Assembly: GCA_037308085.1 (NCBI GenBank)
Contig: CP147779.1
Coordinates: forward strand, 1,920,001-1,984,000
Direction of reading: 5' to 3'
Length of the DNA: 64,000 bases
From: Promethearchaeati archaeon SRVP18_Atabeyarchaeia-1
Lineage (GTDB): Archaea > Asgardarchaeota > Atabeyarchaeia > Atabeyarchaeales > Atabeyarchaeaceae
Shown: positions 59,267 through 64,000 of the stretch, piece by piece
Position numbering within the stretch: position 1 is the stretch's first letter
Layout: every line of letters starts with the position of its first letter
Made by a program: the position numbers and the translations under genes
Notes under the pieces: generated by a model
What the model saw: only the letters and a program-made list of their open reading frames with translations
Databases searched by the model: none
Told to the model about the DNA's origin: nothing

Positions 59267-59659
59267 ATGACTGAGTCAGCGATTGAGAGGCTAAGACTGG
59301 ACATTATTTCAGCGCTTGGTGGGTGCTGTGTCAAGTGTGGCTTTCATGATCCAAGAGCACTCCAAATCGATCACATTAATGGTGGCGGCAGAAGAGAATA
59401 CTTACGCTTCGGGGGCAGTTCACACAGATACTTGAAGCACATAAGAGATCAGATTGAAAAAGGTTCCAAGAAATATCAGATCTTATGCGCCAACGACAAT
59501 ATGATCAAGCGAGAAGTGAACAAAAAATGTGAAGGCGCGGGTCGTAGAGCTTCAGCAACTCGCAAGCGCAATCTCGAGAGGCACAGAGATGCAGGTCTAA
59601 AAGCGGCAGACACAAGAATACGCAACCTGGAGAGAACTGGAGAACAAAATGAGGCATAG
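59267..59659 (+). CDS. Small HNH-like protein with a basic repeated C-terminal tail
   Basis: CVKC...LQIDHING...QILCANDN; AGRRASATRKRNLER / AGLKAADTRIRNLER. Confidence 0.75.
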   Translation: MTESAIERLRLDIISALGGCCVKCGFHDPRALQIDHINGGGRREYLRFGGSSHRYLKHIRDQIEKGSKKYQILCANDNMIKREVNKKCEGAGRRASATRKRNLERHRDAGLKAADTRIRNLERTGEQNEA

Positions 59660-59867
59660 GAGCATCATGAAACTGAAAGCTGAGCTGTTAACGTTATGGC
59701 CTTATTACATTAATTCTTTATGCCAGAAGATGATGAAGGTGAGTCCATGAATGTAAAACTCTCAACCAGAAGCGGGCTCATGAGAAATTCGGGCGGGCGT
59801 CAACGATACTCTTCCGAGAATCAACATAATCCTGCGCGTATGTAATAGGTTGTCAGATGGATGTTGC

Positions 59868-60770
59868 CTATCTGGGCTTGCGGATATTCTTCACCTTGTC
59901 TTGAAGCCCAGCTCTCAAATGCTTTGCGTCATCCCTAAGAATCGTCTCGAAGTTTGCTTTGTCTCCGAAGAGTGAGGATTGATCAATATTCAGTTTTTTC
60001 TTAACTACGTCCAGAAGTTCCAGGTCAATCTCGTATCCTACGCATCTTCTGCCCAGTTCGAGGGCCACCTTCAAGGTCGTTCCCGAGCCCATAAAGGGGT
60101 CCAAAACAACCTCGTTCTTGTAGGAGAAGAGTTTGATTAACCTACGCGGGATCTCGTCTGGGTAAGCTGCTATCCCCTTCTCCAATCGGTTGCTGATGGG
60201 GAGCACATTCGTGATATTCCAGACGCTCAGATACCACTTGCCTTTCTGATAGGCCTCGAGATCGATCTTCGATTCCTCCTTGGCCTCGCTTGGGATCTTA
60301 TCGTAGTCGAAGTCTCCATTCTGGAAGATAAGAATCGACTCTTGGAGGTTGTCCGGGTAGTAATACATGGGATAAGGATGCTGCAGCAAGACCCCGCTTC
60401 TTCTGCTTATCCTGATATAGCCTTCAGGCTTAACCCAAGTAATCCTGTCTCTATACTTAAATCCCTCTTCGACGAATATCTTTGTTATGTCCGCAACCAC
60501 GGGGAACTTCTTGCCATCTATCAACGTATCGTCAACAACGAAAGCACCAATTCTCCCCTCAGCAAGCACCCTCTCAAGTTCCTCGGCCATTTTGCGGATA
60601 ATGCCCAGAAACTCGTCGTAGCTCTTGAAGAGGTCGGGGTAGTCAAAGGGAGCATTGAAGTAAGGCGGAGAAGTGACAACTAGATGTACGCTCTTGTCTT
60701 CTAGTTCCTGCATGTTTTGGCAGTCGCCAAAGACTATCTTGTTTATCCATTTGCCAGCCATTCCAGACAT
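59868..60770 (-). CDS. Beta-class N4-cytosine/N6-adenine DNA methyltransferase
   Basis: VTSPPY precedes VLDPFMGSGTT; GYEID. Confidence 0.92.
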   Translation of the reverse strand: MSGMAGKWINKIVFGDCQNMQELEDKSVHLVVTSPPYFNAPFDYPDLFKSYDEFLGIIRKMAEELERVLAEGRIGAFVVDDTLIDGKKFPVVADITKIFVEEGFKYRDRITWVKPEGYIRISRRSGVLLQHPYPMYYYPDNLQESILIFQNGDFDYDKIPSEAKEESKIDLEAYQKGKWYLSVWNITNVLPISNRLEKGIAAYPDEIPRRLIKLFSYKNEVVLDPFMGSGTTLKVALELGRRCVGYEIDLELLDVVKKKLNIDQSSLFGDKANFETILRDDAKHLRAGLQDKVKNIRKPR

Positions 60771-60934
60771 TCTCTCCTCTCAGCTAACCGTCATGGTGAT
60801 GGACATTACATTGTGATTATTAGCTTTGTAGGCTTTTAACTTTCCATCTAGGGCCGTCTGGCGTCAAAATCGCGTAATCATGCAGGAAAAATACTGCATC
60901 TGTCTGGGCAGCAGGTCCGCGAAGGTCCGAATCG

Positions 60935-61870
60935 CTATGGCGTCGAGTAGACTTCTACGACGGCGCGACCGACCGTAGTGAAGGTTCTGGCCGGAACCAC
61001 AAAATAGTTCTCGTACCTGTCATCCACTAGTACTATTCCTTTCGCCTTGCTCGGTTTCCCGCGGAGGCTGGTGGTCATCTTTTCTTGGGCGATCTTCAAC
61101 GCAATCTGTGGTCTTCGCACTTCGAACCCTTGTTGAGCAGTTGTATGGATGAAGCCAAGCTTCAGGATTGGGTTCATCTTCTCAAGATACGGAGGCTGAT
61201 TCCTGAACATAAGAGATGGAATCGTACCGGCAACACCGTTTGACAGCAGGAAGTCCCGTGCATAGACGAATTCCCCTATACTGAATTTGTACGAGTTAAT
61301 GGGAACCCTGACGTAGAACATCTGCTCTCTCTGTGCCTGCTTTGACTCACTCAGGAAGGGGATGCCTTCGAAGTCCTTTTCTGGCAGAGAAAGGACATTC
61401 CCCAATCGGGAAAGCAAATCTCTGCAGTCGCCTATGGCAAAGACAGGAATGCACCAGTTTGAGTAGAGCCTGCCAAATGCAGCCATTGTCGAATACTCAA
61501 GATGATATTGCTCCTGACCATCGACTTGAGGGCAAATCCGGAACTCGAGACTGTCATCATCTATCAAAGAAACCTTCACACGAGGCTTCTCTGATACTAT
61601 TATAGGTTCCGTCTCTCTATCAGTGGCCTGCCATCCGAGCGCTTCAACCGTCTTTCCAAAGTAGCGGGGGCTGATCACATACTTCCTTCTTCTCTCCTGT
61701 TCTCTGGTAGTGCTCTCGCAGTTATCGGAATAGATTATCGGCATTGTTTTCCTTTCAAAGCCACCCTTTCCGAAGCCCATTTCCTTGAGATGAGTATAAA
61801 GATCATCATCCCAAGCGAAGTATATCTGAAGCGTGTCCAAAACATAGGAACCGATATGAACTGAAGCCAT
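60935..61870 (-). CDS. Uncharacterised 311-aa protein
   Basis: Long clean ORF with GGAGG RBS; no motif recognised. Confidence 0.75.
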   Translation of the reverse strand: MASVHIGSYVLDTLQIYFAWDDDLYTHLKEMGFGKGGFERKTMPIIYSDNCESTTREQERRRKYVISPRYFGKTVEALGWQATDRETEPIIVSEKPRVKVSLIDDDSLEFRICPQVDGQEQYHLEYSTMAAFGRLYSNWCIPVFAIGDCRDLLSRLGNVLSLPEKDFEGIPFLSESKQAQREQMFYVRVPINSYKFSIGEFVYARDFLLSNGVAGTIPSLMFRNQPPYLEKMNPILKLGFIHTTAQQGFEVRRPQIALKIAQEKMTTSLRGKPSKAKGIVLVDDRYENYFVVPARTFTTVGRAVVEVYSTP

Positions 61871-62086
61871 CAACCATCATCCTCCGATCCTGGACTCCGC
61901 CAGACAATGAAGGAGATAAAAGCTATAGTTCTTTCGCATGCGCCTGCGTCCCTGAATTATCCGAACTCAGTGACCCAGAATAAGGCATGAGGACCTCTTT
62001 CTAAGCTCTCGCAGATTTGGGAATATCGCAAATACCCCGCAAAGTATAAAATCGGCAACATGCATCTAGTGGCTGGGGACACGACC

Positions 62087-63121
62087 ATGGTTGGGGAGAT
62101 TGGAGATCTAAACCGACTTGTACTGCATCCTTCTTTCAACGAGACTATCGATGAGATAAATAAGCTTGGCATCTGCATACCGAGTCATCCGATCGCGGAA
62201 GAGATGGATTTTAACTCATACCTATTTCCTCCCCAAAACGGCAAGCTAGTCACGAATATTGAAGAGCCAAGAAGCTTCGACCTGGACGCAGGAGGAGGAC
62301 AGGATCTGCTGAAGGAAGGGATTCCGATCTGTGCATATGATGAGTCAATGAGTAAGTTCTCCAGCTTGGAGGGAACCGCTTTTGTTGTGTCTCATTCACT
62401 GGTGATCCACCGGAAAGATGACTACGTCCCATCTTGCTACCTTACGCTCAACTTCTATACTCGCTCAAAGACCTTTACGGAGAACTCAAAACTTCTAAAA
62501 TACTCTGACAATCCGGAGCAGAGCTCTAAACTCGACTATGTTAGAGACAGAACAGAATTGCTGCTAAGAAGTGCGCCAAGCAATTCGATAGTGTTTATCG
62601 ATGGCGTCCTAATCGGGGGACAGCTTAGCAGTTACACCATCAGAATGAACGAGGAGCTGCTCAGAAGGAACATAATTCCTATCTTCTTCGTAAAGAACAG
62701 TGCAAGCAATCTGGTCACCGATCACATTGATGGACTTGTGGGAAGATACAATTCTGATATGCACTGGGCATATACGTCGCTGAAGCCTGGGCAGAGGACA
62801 AGCTTCTTCCAGTACCAGGATGCGAGGAATACTGCCAATGCAAAGCTATTCTGTTATCTCAAGGCTTTCGAGATTAGTCCGCAGAGAGTCGAGTTCCACG
62901 TAAGTACCTTTAAGAAGTATGGAAAAAAGATGAGTGCTCTCATGGACCTGGCATACTATCTCATGCTTGTTCAGGGTGACCTATCCAATCCGCAAATAAG
63001 GCCAATTGCGGTTGCGGAGAAGTATGCTAGGGAAACCCTGAGGTTAGTCGACCTTGACAAACTAATGAGGAGACTGGGAATAACATCTACCGTAAATCAA
63101 GAAAGGTTTGGATGGAGTTAA
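62087..63121 (+). CDS. nurA: NurA-family nuclease (RNase H/PIWI-like fold)
   Basis: ICAYDES, VFIDGVL, FFVKNS, RPIAVAEKYA; immediately upstream of the HerA gene. Confidence 0.75.
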   Translation: MVGEIGDLNRLVLHPSFNETIDEINKLGICIPSHPIAEEMDFNSYLFPPQNGKLVTNIEEPRSFDLDAGGGQDLLKEGIPICAYDESMSKFSSLEGTAFVVSHSLVIHRKDDYVPSCYLTLNFYTRSKTFTENSKLLKYSDNPEQSSKLDYVRDRTELLLRSAPSNSIVFIDGVLIGGQLSSYTIRMNEELLRRNIIPIFFVKNSASNLVTDHIDGLVGRYNSDMHWAYTSLKPGQRTSFFQYQDARNTANAKLFCYLKAFEISPQRVEFHVSTFKKYGKKMSALMDLAYYLMLVQGDLSNPQIRPIAVAEKYARETLRLVDLDKLMRRLGITSTVNQERFGWS

Positions 63122-63123
63122 GA

Positions 63124-64000
63124 ATGTCATGGATTGTAATAACTGAAGACAAAGGCAAGATTATGCTTGTCTCCAAGAGCAATCAGGATGACGCGGTCAA
63201 GGGGATACTGCACAGGGGATCATATCTAACCGTTGAAGATGGAGAAAAGAAATTCATCCTGAGGGTTGAGGACAGTTCTCAATTCAACCCATACTCGCCT
63301 TCCCCCATGGTAGTTGACATGGATCTGTCCCCACTCCTGCAAGATCAGAAATGTCAAAATGTAGTCTATGCGACCAAGATAGTAGAACATCCAGATCGTG
63401 ACGACGGAAGAAGCAGTTTCATAAGGCCGCAATTGCTGGCAAGAGTATCCAATCAGTCCGAAATCGACGCCGCCTTCGGTAACAATGAAGGAATTCCTGT
63501 CTTCCCAGCGACGACATTGGCAAGAAGCTGCAAACATCTGCGCGACGACAAAGGTAAACTCGTTCAAGTGAAGATACCGGAGGACGTGTTCTTCTACCAG
63601 ATGCTAGTGACAGGGAGTACGGGCTCAGGCAAGACAGTTGCAATGAAATACATGGCACAGTACTTTGTGGAAGAACTGAAACTGAACGGACGCGGGCCCG
63701 GAGCAGTACTTGCAGTGAACGTGAAAGAAGAGGACATGCTAACCATGGATAGGCCCAGTGAGTCTGGTAGCTCAGAAGTTATGAACGAATGGTCCGATCT
63801 TCATGTCAGTCCCCACGGAGTTGAGACTTTTAGAACCTATTATCCTGGCAACTTGACTCCGCGATACTCGAAGGCAGTTGACCTCGGTAAGTGTGAGAAG
63901 ATAACTCTTGAGACAGATCACATTGATCCCGAAACTCTTACCGGATTGATACAGAACATTACTGAATTGGGTGCCGATCAGCTACCCGCGATCTTTAGAT
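63124..64000 (+). CDS. herA: HerA/DUF87-family ATPase, 3'-truncated by the window
   Basis: Manual translation MSWIVITEDKGK...; N-terminal HAS-barrel-like region and MLVTGSTGSGKT Walker A; frame open to the window end. Confidence 0.8.
   Translation, partial: MSWIVITEDKGKIMLVSKSNQDDAVKGILHRGSYLTVEDGEKKFILRVEDSSQFNPYSPSPMVVDMDLSPLLQDQKCQNVVYATKIVEHPDRDDGRSSFIRPQLLARVSNQSEIDAAFGNNEGIPVFPATTLARSCKHLRDDKGKLVQVKIPEDVFFYQMLVTGSTGSGKTVAMKYMAQYFVEELKLNGRGPGAVLAVNVKEEDMLTMDRPSESGSSEVMNEWSDLHVSPHGVETFRTYYPGNLTPRYSKAVDLGKCEKITLETDHIDPETLTGLIQNITELGADQLPAIFR

Noticed and set aside
1-64000. CRISPR array or cas genes accompanying the TnpB-like proteins
   Set aside because: No regularly spaced 24-40 bp repeats and no cas1/cas2; repeats seen are IS ends or coding repeats.

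Overview
Archaeal chromosome segment. The XPB-Bax1 pair, tungsten AOR, TATA-type promoters and a RING-finger protein suggest an Asgard- or Bathyarchaeia-like anaerobe; this taxonomy is inference. Metabolic content: a corrinoid protein divergent from a GH94-like glycosidase plus two URO-D/MtaA-family methyltransferases, a WOR5-like aldehyde:ferredoxin oxidoreductase pair, two GH130 genes, and two paralogous membrane-anchored DUF3604/PHP-like hydrolases. Mobile DNA is dense: about 11 IS200/IS605- or IS607-type TnpB loci, including one complete tnpA+tnpB element, tnpB-only elements, orphan right-end (omegaRNA) fragments and a 230-bp tnpB-less mini-element whose removal restores the host reading frame. 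There are three MNT-HEPN pairs and a stand-alone gamma-class DNA methylase. The right end holds a candidate defence island: UvrD-PD-(D/E)XK, HNH, beta-class MTase, a 311-aa unknown, NurA and HerA. The strongest unexplained signals are a 246-nt, indel-free, multi-hairpin leader present twice in front of beta-propeller genes, the NurA-HerA/MTase/unknown module, and the glycosidase-corrinoid methyltransferase cluster. No rRNA, tRNA or CRISPR array was found.
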